Shown in pieces: positions 36,112 to 48,915 of a stretch of DNA of 64,000 nucleotides (the stretch's first letter is position 1; each line of letters begins with the position of its first letter). The DNA lies in NCBI GenBank assembly GCA_013115145.1, contig JAAPAO010000013.1, forward strand, positions 78,342-142,341, given 5' to 3'. The notes under the pieces are model-generated. The model had not been told where the DNA came from, did no database searches, and worked only from the letters and a program-made list of their open reading frames with translations. This DNA is from Perkinsus chesapeaki ATCC PRA-425. Its lineage: Eukaryota > Protista > Perkinsozoa. Position numbers and translations under genes: made by a program.

Positions 36112-38188
36112 CTACTTCCGGGCATATGATATCTTCACAATCTGTCCCTCCATGGTGAAGTCAGCCCGAGCATTCTTGGCCATAGTAGCCTGGAACTCAC
36201 TGCTAAAGTCTACGAACCCGACCTAACCAACAGTACTGTAGCCTCCTCCCCCCTCCAAACACCCTATATAGTACCTGTCGCTCAGCAATCACACGGGTGC
36301 CCTCGAATCCAGGATACGACTTGAATATCATCGTTAGCTTCTCAGGAGTGCACTTCGGTGGAAGATTCTCTACGAACAGAGTCCTGACAGTGCCCGGCAG
36401 TTTACATCGGGAAGAGCGCTACAATGGGCCTACTTATTAGGAACGTTGGAGTGTTGCACGACCTTAGGCGCCGACACAGTGGTGTTGAAGAAGTCCTCGG
36501 CAGTTGACAGCTTCTGAAGAATAGTACAGGACCGTGTAACCCAAACAGTGTTACCTTCTGTGGCTGCTGCTGTTGGCCTGCATTGAAAGCCATACCTGAG
36601 ATAACTCGTGTTGTAGGAAGCCAAGAGAGGAATACTACCTGGGAAGGCTCCGAAATCGGGTGGCATTGGTGGTGCCCCTCCCTGAACAACAACACCATTA
36701 CGCACCTCCGACGTTCCCCCAATCCTTACCGGAGCTCCACCAGGCGCTGCTGCCTTGGCCGCTGCTGCCGCTGCTGCTGCAGCTGCTGCCGCCCTAACAA
36801 CAACTACTCGTTGAGCCCCTTCCCCTTTAGCGGGTTTTATTACGCTTGAGCTGCCGTATCAGGCAACTGGTTGGCCTGGGCTGCTGCCCTGGCCGCCGCC
36901 TCCCTCATCTCCCTTAGCTTCTTCTTATCCCGACGTACATATGTACCTTACCATCATCACGCCATCCAGCATGCCTCTCTTGGCCTATCATTAGTACCTT
37001 CCTTTTTGGCAATGGCATCCGACTTGGTCTTGGCATACGAAACCCGCATGTTCTTGCTGTATCTAAGGTTAACAGCATAATAAAAGACTGAAAAGACAGC
37101 AAAGACTGAGACGATGCGGTCCTTACAGGCTGTGACCCTGCAACTTCTTCATAGCTGAAGAGGACTCCTCTTTGCTCGAGAAAACAACAAATACCTGCAA
37201 TAAGCACCCTATGTCAAGCAAGAGTCTAAAACTGGTATTATGCAGAATAAAGTAAGGATTGAATGTGTTCTCATTCCAGGATGATGAGCTATATGAAATA
37301 TGATATGAACGCCGCGCAACGATAGGTACATGCACTACCATACACGCCCATAAAAGCGACCGGCCAGGAGTTTAGACAATGAGGAGCCTTTCCCTCCCCT
37401 TCCCTAGCGTATCCCTTCTTTATTACCTGCCCTCGACGCCGCAGTGATCCCATAGCAATACAGTCGATAACATTACCACAAGGTTTACACAACTGATAAA
37501 AGAAAAGTATCCCTCCCGGGTCTGTCGAACATCTGTTGTCTACCTCTAATATAGACTTCTTCAACTCCTCTGGTTTAACCCGATCGTTTAAGTTGTTGAT
37601 ATAAATGGTCTCACTGGGTGGATAGTCATCCGGTGGCCTCTCATGTGGGTCCTGTCATCCACACTACCATCCATAACTCTATTAATAGCACTACATTGGC
37701 CATACGCTCAGCCAGAGGGATCTTGGCCATCTCTGGCGATGCTGATCCAGCCGTGCCTTGCTGTTGTTGGCCCTGACCGCTGCTGCCCTGGCCAGCTGCT
37801 GGCCCACCAAAGCTGCCTGGCATAGGGGGCATATTAGGGAACCCAGGCGGTGGGGGCATGTTGGCGAAGGCACTCCCTGGAGGAGGCATCGGCAGGCCGC
37901 CTGGCATCCCCGGGAAGCCGGGCAGGCCTGAGAAGCTGTCAGCAACATCGGTGATGTTAGGCTACTACCTGACGGGGGAGGTGGCATCATACCTCCAGGC
38001 ATCCCCATCGGAGGCATCCCTGGCAGCCCTGGTGGAGGCGGCGCTGAGTTCTAAATAAAAGTGTATAACAACCCCCAAGCACCCAGGCCCTGTAATACCT
38101 TGCCACTGGATGGCTGTGGCATACCCATAAAGGACTGCGGCATGGAGGGCATGCCCTGTGGTGGTTGCTGAGGCGGGGCCCCTGACAT
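36112..38188 (-). CDS. SNRPA: U1A/U2B''-family two-RRM snRNP protein with long N-terminal Pro/Gly/Met-rich extension
   Basis: RRM1 PSETIYINNLNDRVKPEELKKS..., YSKNMRVSYAKTKSDAIAKKEG; RRM2 TLFVENLPPKC...FKSYPGF...GFVDF...VKISYARK*; Gln/Pro linker. U1A versus U2B'' is not resolved. Confidence 0.82.
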
Positions 38189-38400
38189 TATTCAACTTAT
38201 CACCCCGCTGATCACCATCATAGCTTCCCATAAATACTCAACACTACATCAGTTGTTTTAGCAGTAGTAATAGAAACCTATATAACGTGAAGACTTGAGC
38301 TGCAGCAGCATCAGCAGCATCAGCTCTATTGGTAAATACGTCAATGATGGTAGTTACTGTACCGTCATTCATTATATATACTCCTTCCATCACCACCACC

Positions 38401-41400
38401 TTACGCGGCGAAGACCTATAAGGAGAAATGAGCCGACTGCGGGCGTTCTGGGTATCCTACGAATTCCTTCTTCGGCTTCTTAACCTGCGTAGCCATCTCG
38501 TCCTTAGTGAAGCCTCGGACGGTCTTGGGCACCTCCATCCTCAGGTCAAAGCATCCAGTACCTAAGCCATCCTTTAGGGTCATTTATGCCACTAGCAACC
38601 TACCAACACTGGCCTGCTTGCCAAGGATGATGGATCCAGCTGGACTCAGAAGATTATCATATTGAGCGTTGTTGCAGGCCTGAAAATAAGCAGCGGTGAT
38701 GCTGGCCGCTACCTCCACTCGCTCCATCTACCTTGGTAAGGAAGTTGACACTGGTCTCGAATGTCATCTGCAGCCATGGGGAGGCATGGGCTTCCATGCC
38801 TCTACGGCTAAATGGACGGAACCTGCATACGAGTATGGTAGGAATAGAGCAGTAGATTATAATAGTAGTAGTACCCGCCATGATGGGTCATATAGTCGGA
38901 AATGAGCATCAAGTGTCGAGGGTCAACACCAATACCGTAATGCCCGAACACTCGAAGAACCTCTTGAACTATAGCAGCACGGGCAGCCTAAGGGAAAGCT
39001 ACTACTACAACAACTTGGCTGATGGTACTACCTCAACACCGTACCGGTCCAGGATGAGACCGATGTCATTGGTCACTATACGGTCATGGTCAATGCCATT
39101 GAGGCCCCAAGCGATATCAAGATTCACACCTAATTGCCATGATTTGGGAAAGGAGCGGTATGGCAGCAGCAATGATCATCCTACCTTCGGTTTCAATCAT
39201 GACCTTGTCAGACTGACCAGGACGGGGCTCTACAACGTGTACGCTGGTGATGCCAGGAGTCTGCTGGATGAACAAGTCGGAACAGAGATCGGCGACGGCC
39301 TCAAGAATGAGAATCTTCCGAGAGATGCCTTGGGACAATGCCAACGGTCGAGATCGGAGCACGAACCTGAACGATTGGGATACGAGGATGCCTCCCAGAA
39401 CACACGTACTTGGAGCCATAAAGACGGCCAGACTTATTGAAGATAACCTCAGTGGAGTCCTTAGTCTTAGACACCTTATACTCCTCCACAGTGCCAACAA
39501 CGCCTTGAGTGCCGGCAGCAGGCCTGAGCAATAAAGCAACATAAGGCCTATCAAAAGCCATGGCCACCTACCGTTGAGTGCCCTCCTCAGCCTCTGGTGT
39601 CTCATTATCCTCTTCAGCTTCTTCAGCCTAAGCCAACACATATCCTAGCATCAACCTAAGATACCCTCCTACAGCTGCATCATCCCCAGCGTTGCTCTCA
39701 GCAGCATCATCATACTGTCCCTCATCGGCGTCATCAGCATCTGAGCCAAACCATCCGTGCCCAATAACTCTACACCACTTACCACTGGCAGCCTCCATCC
39801 TGTCAAGCTCTGCCTCTCTCTCCTCATCAGTAGCACGAGCGCGCTGGGCCAGTGTACCTACAGCGGGACCTACTATGGCTCATGGCGACTTGGGTGTCTA
39901 CGAGTGAGATTCTGACTTTCATCAGCCTGCTCCTTTTGCTCAGCATTCTCATCATCCGGTGACTCATTGAACACATCAGCCGTTCCCTCCTCTTGTTGGG
40001 CCTTACGGGTGGTAATCTGATCGAAACAGATTGCTCGCCAAATCCCGCGAAACAGCACCCAGCGAAATCAACAGTGATTGCTATATTGTATATTCTAATG
40101 GCCGTAATCTCTCACGAACCTTGCTTAGATCTATAGTACTCCTCACCGTGATGCTGGCTAAGACGCCGTTGAGGAAGTGCCCCATTGCAGAAATAGCAAA
40201 CAGGAAGGCAACTCACCGTAGAGGTGCTCTCAGATATCTTGATGAACTTCTTAAGATTGCTATTAAGCTTGTCCCTAAAGTCATGGTCCAAGAAATGAGC
40301 AACGGCGGTTGGAGTAAGGGAAGGATAGGCCTTTCGTATCATGTCCGTGTCAACCAGGTCAACCTACATCAGGGCCATCAGAACACCCCCGGTTTGTCTG
40401 TCCTACCACAAGCTCGTAGGTACGCATGGTCTCCCCGCTGGGCTGGGCGGCGGTGACAGACTCCAGCACATGAGTGGCCACAACAACATCCTTCAGCGAC
40501 ACTCTGGTCATCTTGCCCTAATACACAGAGATTGCCTAGGCCTAGAAACAGAGGACACCTACCTTGAGCTCCTCGGCAACCTTGAGGCCACCGAGGACAG
40601 GGAACTCCATAGCGGGGGTTTCGGGATGACGCGAAGCCGTCTAAGTGATAGAGCATAGCCCCACTAGAAGGTGGCCACCTCCTCCTACCTGGACGATTTC
40701 TCTCAATCGAGGGATACCTAGTGTAACGTTAACACCACCGTGACCAGCAAGATGGAATGTGTTCAATGTCATCTGGGTAGAGGGCTCACCCATACCCTAA
40801 CAACAACAGCAACAAAGTCATACCCCTCATCACCGTACACAACAACTACCCTACCTGTGCCGCCAAGGTGCCAACAGCCTCACCAGGATCAGCGAGAGTC
40901 CTGAGCCAAGCATGAGATGTCCAATAATGATTTCAATAGGATACTCCTACCTGGCGTATTTGTGCATGATGACATCCCGGAACTCCTCGGCCGGCATCTT
41001 CTTCTCGAGCTCCTCTGGCCTGTGATCCAAGTACTGCTGTAGGGCCTTCTCTTCCCTCTCCGACATAGAGCCAGTGAACCTAGTACCACACTTTCACGCA
41101 CCTAGCCCACCGCAGCTACCAACCTCCACGGTGGAAGCATGCTGTTCATCGGTGGAGCTTTGCCTCCTTTAGCATGGGTATCCTCAACAACAAAGCCAAT
41201 ATGGGCCTTCTCTTCATCCCGCAGCTTATCGCTGGTATCAACCTAACCACCACAGCACCGTATACTCCCTTGAGTACCTTCTTCTCCTCTTACCTCCTTC
41301 ATAAGATTCTTGGTACGTCGATTGCTCTGTGGCTTCTCTGCCCACTTGCGGTAGAGATCGGGCAGATTACTTTCCATCTTAGCCTCCTTCTTGGCTACAG

Positions 41401-44400
41401 CCACACTATCAGCCATGAATGCAGAGTTCTCATCCAGCACATCAAACCTGAGGAAGCAAGACATAGGCGAGCAGCAAGAGAAGCAAGTAGATGAAGACCC
41501 ATTATGGCCATGTAAGAGGCTAAACTAATACTAACTGGCATGTTACTTCAATAACGTCGAATTGGTTATCCACTTGAATTAGATACCAACCGTGACATTG
41601 TCTAGCTCCCCCTCCTCCCCCTCCTTCACCACCAGACTTACTGTTCCATATGGCTAACCTTGGTCACATCCATACCATCCTCACCATAAAGGAACTCTAC
41701 AATGGAGCGATCAGTGTCTCGTACAGTATAATCGTAGTTCACAGTAAGACCCTCTAAGTTCTTGACTAAGCATCTTTGAAGGTATCCAGACCTACTCAGC
41801 ACTACAACCAACAACAATGTACCGCTCCCTCGCCACCGCTACCTAGCTGTCTTCACTGCTGTATCGACCAGACCCTCTCGACCAGCCATACAATGGTAAA
41901 AGAACTCCTGTGGACGGTAGCCAGTAAGGAATCTGAATGTCAGCAGCAGCAGCAGCCTCCAGCGTGTTAAGACAGCGCCAGCACTCCCACCTATCAGTAA
42001 TGTAACCTCCTGCCCTCGGACCAATATCATATTGAGCAAAGCTGGGCAAGAACCGCTGAGTTCGCATACGAGGAGCACGGTGGCCCTCCAACTCCTGCTG
42101 GCCAAGCATTGCGTCAATCATAGAATGGTTAACCTTAGAACCCTTAGCACCTAGTACGAGACACCTACACCCTACTGCATCGTGAATCCGGCGGTATTAC
42201 CAGTGCTAACCATAGCAGAGAAGCAGTTCTCTGGGAAAGGGGACATCTGGCCCTTAGGGAACAGCACATCAATAAGCTCTGAAAACACCAACACTGACCA
42301 TCACCACCTAACCCAGCGTCCTTACTTCCCCAGTAATCTCTATTAGTTGACAGCATAGTCTCCTCTAGCTCCTCAAACATAGGGTGCTGCACCTTAGGAT
42401 CGGCGGCATACAGCTTGCCTAAGCACCACTATAGCAGCAGCCTAGCCTTCCCCTCTATCTGCTGCCTACCTATCTCCCTCTGCAGTTTATGAAGGGTAGT
42501 GACATTGGTCTCCTCAGGGCTGTTCTCTTTAACCCAATCCCTAATCTTGTTCCAAGAATCTTCTCGAGCCTTGTTCAACATCTGCCTTCTAGCTTCATTG
42601 CCCTCTGGCGTGATAAGCAAATCTCTCATAGCACAAGTGAACCCATGCAGCTGAAGGTACAGTGTAAGCATCCTTCCAAGACCTAATAAAAGACTAAACA
42701 GTGTCCACTCAGCCTCACCAGTCTTACCAGTCAAGAGCAATCCCGCTGCCTTAGGGCCACACAACTCATAGAAGAGATGGGTAAGACCATTGGCCGTGGC
42801 ACCGAATGATGCCTTATCCAGCACACCTTGAATAAGCTCTGTGTCCTTTATAGTGACCATTTGTTCCTCCTTATTGCCATCAGCCACACCACCCCAGAGG
42901 TCACCAGGTGTCTTGGCCTTTGCATGATGGTTGAATCCATTCACTATAGACTTGTCCGTGCTGTGAGTAGCGAACTTAATAAGACTCTTCAAGAAGATGG
43001 TGATGACCTGTTTTCCCGTCCAAAGCTTCTCCGGTTTAACAATGACCGGCGGCTCCATAACAATCCTGAAGTTGCTAGGTACACCTGCTGGGGTACTCAG
43101 CTTAGTCAGTTGGCCTCGGGACTTCACACTGCCTATACCAGACGTATCGCCCTCAATGGCAGCCCTCATGGCCGTATAGATGAGATTCTGGACTTGTGTT
43201 TTGGTCATAAAATGGTCCCTAGCAGTGAGGAACACTCCGGAGACCACATGGTCCTGGATAAGACCACGAAGAGGCTTTCCGGAGGTGGGGCCAAGATACT
43301 GGTGATCGGCGGAGGCAATATAGATGGCCTCTGCCCTCGCATTGGAGTCCTGGGGACAATGCAAGTTGATCTCATCACCATCGAAATCAGCATTGAACGT
43401 GTTGCAGTTGGCATAGTGCATACGAATAGTCTTCTCCTTACTCAACACCTAAACACCCATACCGCTCCTTCCCCAAATCCTACCCTCTATATTACCTTCA
43501 CAAACAGCGCCATAATACCGGGCTTATGCAGAGTAGGCTGACGGTTCACCAGGAGCGGATCACCATCCCTAACATGCCTCAGTACCACCCTCGGCTTTTT
43601 ATCAGGATTGGTGCTCTGGTAGAGACTCCTTGCAATAGCCTTCCTCTGATGTGGTTGCCGGCCCTTCAATGACACTAGCTTGCCATCCGGGAACACCACC
43701 GCCGCTGCGCCTGGGTACTTATCAGGGCCATTCTCGACCAATGCTCTCAGATAGTCGACGTTGAAGGAGTTCACCGGCTCCGGTACGGTAAGCTGCAAGG
43801 CCGCGAACATAGGAAGACCGATCTGGTTGGTTTCCAAAGAGACATCCGGACTGATGACACTTCTAGCGGCGTAGTTAACACGCTTTCCCATCATTTTCAT
43901 CCGGAAGAGGCCTTGCTTTCTCTCCAACAGCTGCCTCACACCAAATGCCACCACCTTGTTCTGAGCCTTCCCGCTCTTTGCAGAATCTAGATAATTATTG
44001 ACGTTATTCTGCAGATCGATAAGGGCCGTTCCCAAAGTGGTCATCGGCCCTCTCTGAGGGACAGTGCCATCAGCCTGCTTCGATGGCTCTTCCTCGTCTG
44101 ATATAATATCCGGTACCGCGTCACCAGCTGAAAGGCACCGAATCCCGGCAGCCTAGACTCCCCTTCACCTTACCTTTTTCCCTTTGCATAGTGTCCTCCA
44201 CGGCCTGCTGGTCAGTCTCTAAGAGCTTCTTTAAGAGCAGGTTAGATTCCAGAATATTCTTCAAGCACACAGTAGAGGCCGGTAGAAAGCCTTGGTTGTC
44301 ATCGCTGTCACCACCAAAACGGAGAGGTCTCAGCTTGTTAGGTGGCACGACTATATTCTGCATAAAGAAGATATCCTCTCCTCGCCCCACAGAGGCTGGG

Positions 44401-45772
44401 AACAGAAACTCTAGGATCTCTCTTTCCTGGCCCCAAAGTCTATGTAACAGATGGCGGACCTACAACCGGAAAGATTCAAATAAGGTCGGAAGTGACGCAT
44501 ACGTAGGCTGGAGTGACGAACTTCTCAGCGGCCTTGCCGCGAAGCTTTCGGAAGATCTTATTGTACCCATCAATACCTGAAGGACGCCATATTAAGTAGC
44601 GGACGACTTGCCAACGAAGGCCTACGGTAGAGCTCCGACTTGGCTTTGCAGTTGGGGCATACAGCGGTGGACACTTCGTTCTCGAACTCGGCAACTAAGT
44701 CGTTCCACGCCTGTATCTCACCGGAGCTGCCTAAGATGAAAAGAAGGGGGCGGTATAGAAACCAACGGGAATTCTTCCTTGTACTTATGCCCCAGCTGGT
44801 GTTGTTCTCCAGGACCTTCTCAAGGTTCTCATTAACCTCGCTATGCGCTATACCAAGCTGCTTGACTAGAGCCTTAACTCTGTTCTGTTCCTCACCGTGG
44901 CCCATTATATAAGGTACGTAAGAAGACGAGCCATCCTCATAACCTACCCCGTAACCATAACTACACCCCTTCCCCCTTGTCCCTACTAGCATGCTCAACG
45001 AAAGCCTCCCGGCCATCACCATTGGGATCAACAGTCATGTCTCTCTCCAAGGCTGACTTGGTCTTCTCATCACAAGGCTCCATGACAACATCATGGGACT
45101 CGGGCTCTAGGCCGGCCAGGATCAGCTTAAACCGATCGCAATATCTATGCGGCAATAACCATGCGTGCACGCTGGTGGCCAACCTCTCACTACCTTTGGG
45201 TCACGGCTTTTCGCACACGGAAGTGGTTACATGAAGTACACATTCTGCGCAATACATTGTACCTATAGGAACATTAAAGGCCCTATTGAGAACTAGGCAA
45301 CACTGCTTAAGGCTTGTAATTGAGAGGAAAGATACCGCCCTTATTACAATGTTCGTATGAGGAAGGGGTTATAGACGTCAGTAGCGAGCTGAATGTGGCC
45401 CAAATGACCAGGACAGTCGTGGACCTAAGATACAATAAGATAAGGCCGTCCCTAGGGTCCTACACCCAAGCCACAGGTCTTGCATAGATCACCGATATGG
45501 AGGGGTCCCAATGCGGGATCGTATCTGATTTAGCACCATAAATGATGGTATTGATGATCTCTATTACAATCCGCCAGGCAATGGTGCGCCGGCCAAGTTG
45601 CCAAAGGCAGCAACTTCCGTTATTTCCTTAACTGATATATCTTTAATCTCCTTAGGGGACATGTACCTGTTTATTATCAACCCTATCCCATATTCCCCTT
45701 ATCCCTATACTACATGAACTGGACATCATGTATAGAACATCCCGGACGGATCTGCTCGTCAGCCGCAGACAT
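38401..45772 (-). CDS. RPA1: RNA polymerase I largest subunit, multi-exon
   Basis: [14 protein letters not shown]|[48 protein letters not shown], catalytic [12 protein letters not shown], and Pol I-type C-terminus [16 protein letters not shown]|TGCFDL. Confidence 0.93.
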
Positions 45773-46101
45773 TCTGGGGAGCTACCGCGAGAAACTGAAA
45801 GGATATCCCATACTCGGTGTTACTAAGTAGAGAGTTTGATGAAATAGAGGAGAGGTATATGATAATAGGGACCACACGCACTTGTAACACAAAGGCCAGT
45901 CCGATGTCTAAGTACGAGCGATTTTGCACGCGGTAAAACATCAGTACATCGGAATACTTAGCACAGAATAATCGTCTAGGATCAACACCATACCGAATTG
46001 CGTCAGTCGTAAGGTTAACAACTTAGTAATAGGTGGAGTAGCTATAGGGATAGACTGACAGGCGGACCTCGCAGGCCGAAGGCTTTTTGGTGTCTTTCAC
46101 T

Positions 46102-48019
46102 ATGCTCTCCCGTGCAGCATCCCATTCCAGGACCGTATATCTACGCACTCTCTGCACAGTCTCATCTGCCAAGAAAGCAGGTGATCCCTTCAAGTGAGAT
46201 GCTTAAGCTTCATCTTAATACATTTTCTGGGTAGATGGGACCATGAAACCCATTGGAGAGACATGTTCATGTTAGAGGATATGCTTACTGAAGAGGAAAG
46301 ACTCATACGGTAGCCAATGCCTCCATCACTGCCTCGGTCCCAACTTGCTATCAGGGACTCTGCCCGTGCATTTGCAGACTCCGTGTTGATGCCCACCGTC
46401 CTCGATGGCTTCCGTAACGAAACGTTCAATAAAGACGTTTTTCTAGAGTTCGGCAAGAACGGTCTCCTTGGTCCCTTCATAGAAGGCTACGGTTGCGCCG
46501 GTACCCTTACTCCAGCTCCTCCCCCTGGTATGCCTCCTTATAGGTGCATCATCTGTAGCATACGGCTTGATTGCTCGAGAAGTGGAGCGTGTAGACTCGG
46601 CCTTCCGCTCAGCTTTCTCAGTACAGTCTAGCCTGGTCATGCATCCCATCAATCTGTTTGGTAGCGAGGAACAGAAGGCTCGCTGGCTACCTGCCCTCGC
46701 CACAGGTAAAAGCCCAGTCATTCACCGTACGGTATGGTCTATAGTATAGGGGAGAAGATAGGCTGCTTTGGCCTTACCGAGCCTAACCATGGATCGGACC
46801 CTAGTGGGATGGAAACCACAGCTAAGAAGGTTGATGGAGGCTGGAAGCTGAATGGATCTAAGAATTGGATAACTAACTCTCCTATAGCTGACGTCTGTGT
46901 CGTCTGGGCCAAGTGTGATACCGACGGAAAGGTCCTCAGTAACGGATTCTTAGTACTAAAGGCCCTTGCTACAGGTACGAGGGTTCCTAGTAGAAACGGA
47001 ATGGAAGGGCGTATCCTGTCCGAAGATTCTGGGCAAGTTCTCCCTGAGAGCCTCTCCCACCGGTAAAGTTGTCCATCGGTAATACCCACATAGACCTAGT
47101 CTATAGGTATGATTCTGATGGATGAGGTATTCGTCCCTGAAGGCTCCCTGTTGCCCGGCGTAGAGGGCATGAAGGGACCATTTGCCTGCCTTAACTCCGC
47201 CAGGCTTGGTACGCCTCTGTAAAGCAGGCCTCCATGTGATAATGTATTATAGGTATTGCTTGGGGTGTCATCGGGGCAGCTGAATACTGTATGGATGCAG
47301 CCAGGCAGTACACCATGGATAGGAAGCAGTTTGGTCGACCATTGGCGGCTAATCAGGTCCTATATAGCCCCGAGGGGAGAGGCAACCGTAGCTCTCTAAA
47401 CTAGTCCATGCATCGAATAGAATAGAACTTTTTGGCTCGGTCTTCGAGCCCGGGCGTGGTATGTGATGATGAGGGGAGGGCCCTATTTGCATTTGCTTGC
47501 TTTAAAGTTATCTAGGACTTGCGCGTCGGTCGTTATATATTATGACTGGGTACTTACTAGAACTCTCCTAGGTTGTTTTTGATATCGTTGGACGGTCATC
47601 GGCATTGTTTATAGTTAATCCAAAAGAAGATGGCAGACCAGCTCACTGAGATACACTCCATGACTCTAATGGCCCATCGTGCCACACAGTTGAAAGACGA
47701 GCATAAGGTACCCCTACCAAATCCTATCTCAAGCCACTGTTGCTGTCAGTTACACAGTAATGTGGTATCTATGTGTAAACGTAATAACTGTGGTAAGGCT
47801 TTGAATATTGCTAGAGAGGCTCGGGACATGCTAGGAGGGAATGGCATTGTTGATGAGTAATGCTACTGGGCTAGGTTGGTATGAGCTTATGGCCTGTAAA
47901 GATACGGTATCATTCGGCATGTCATGAACTTGGAGGCAGTTAATACATATGAGGGTACTCATGATATACATGCCCTAATTTTGGGGCGCGCGGTCACGGG
48001 TATCCCAGCGTTTAAGTGA
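46102..48019 (+). CDS. GCDH: Glutaryl-CoA dehydrogenase (mitochondrial acyl-CoA dehydrogenase), multi-exon
   Basis: Mitochondrial-like leader [87 protein letters not shown]. Confidence 0.95.
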
Positions 48020-48213
48020 GTCTCGAACAGTTACTATCATTATTGATTCACATGGGAGGACGTAAAGAGTTTTTGATTTTTACAAGTTTATAATTGTGGC
48101 GGTTTTCATGCATGTCCCTGAGGGTTGTGTTGATCCCATCCCAGTGGTGGCAATGGTCCACGACAGTAAGCGCTTGAATTCTTACCATCTGAACTGCTGC
48201 TGCTGTCTTTGAT

Positions 48214-48833
48214 ATGGCATCCCATTCCACCCCATTACAGAACCAATACCAGGAGACTGTCGCTGAGATACAGGATGTCCAAGAGAGTAATAGGGGAAGG
48301 TAATGTGGTGGATGTGGTCTCCGGTAGGGCTTCAAAAGCTCTACGGCAAAGTCCGCACACTGACGGCGCAAAAGAGCGAGAATGAGCAGGTTAAGAAGGT
48401 ACTAGAGGAAGGCTGGTCGGCTAAAGGGAATTTGTGGTATCAGGAATTTGACGTGCTGGAGGAGGATGGTGTTATCTGGAAGCTAGTTGGCCCCATAATG
48501 GTAGGATAGCCAGATCTGGGGCGCGTGAGAATGGTGATCAGGTCCGCCAAGACCGTGATGACGCAGTATCGAATGTGGAGAAGCGACTAGAGTTTATTAC
48601 GTCTGATTTGTAAGGGAGGTTACCTTTGTATTGTCGAGACTTCCATCAGGGACAAGACGAATGAGACGGTGAAGGGCCTGGAGGAGAAACTGCAGAAGAA
48701 GTCTGATGAGGTACCACAAATGCCATTAATGATTCTTAGTCCTAGCAACTTGCCTCAGTTGGAGGAGCTCCAACAGAAGTTTGCAGCAATGCACCAGTCT
48801 GGTGCAGCCGGAGCTCAAACAACAGTGAACTAG
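48214..48833 (+). CDS. PFDN6: Prefoldin subunit 6 (beta type), multi-exon
   Basis: QKSENEQVKK|EFDVLEEDGVIWKLVGPIMV|RQDRDDAVSNVEKRLEFI, followed by a coiled-coil tail. Confidence 0.88.
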
Positions 48834-48915
48834 TGTGTCCAAGCTCCAAGTTTTCGTACTCTACATTCTGTTGCGTTGATACCAAGTTAAGGCTGCTCTA
48901 TAGGACTGTTTTCGG

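Noticed and set aside
37627-37629. ATG just upstream of U1A RRM1 as the start codon
   Set aside because: It is out of frame with the RRM; the RRM frame continues into upstream exons.
38488-38498. 11-nt match CGTAGCCATCT to the 5' part of the Perkinsus-type spliced leader
   Set aside because: It is antisense to the RPA1 terminal exon, with no SL RNA intron or Sm-site context.
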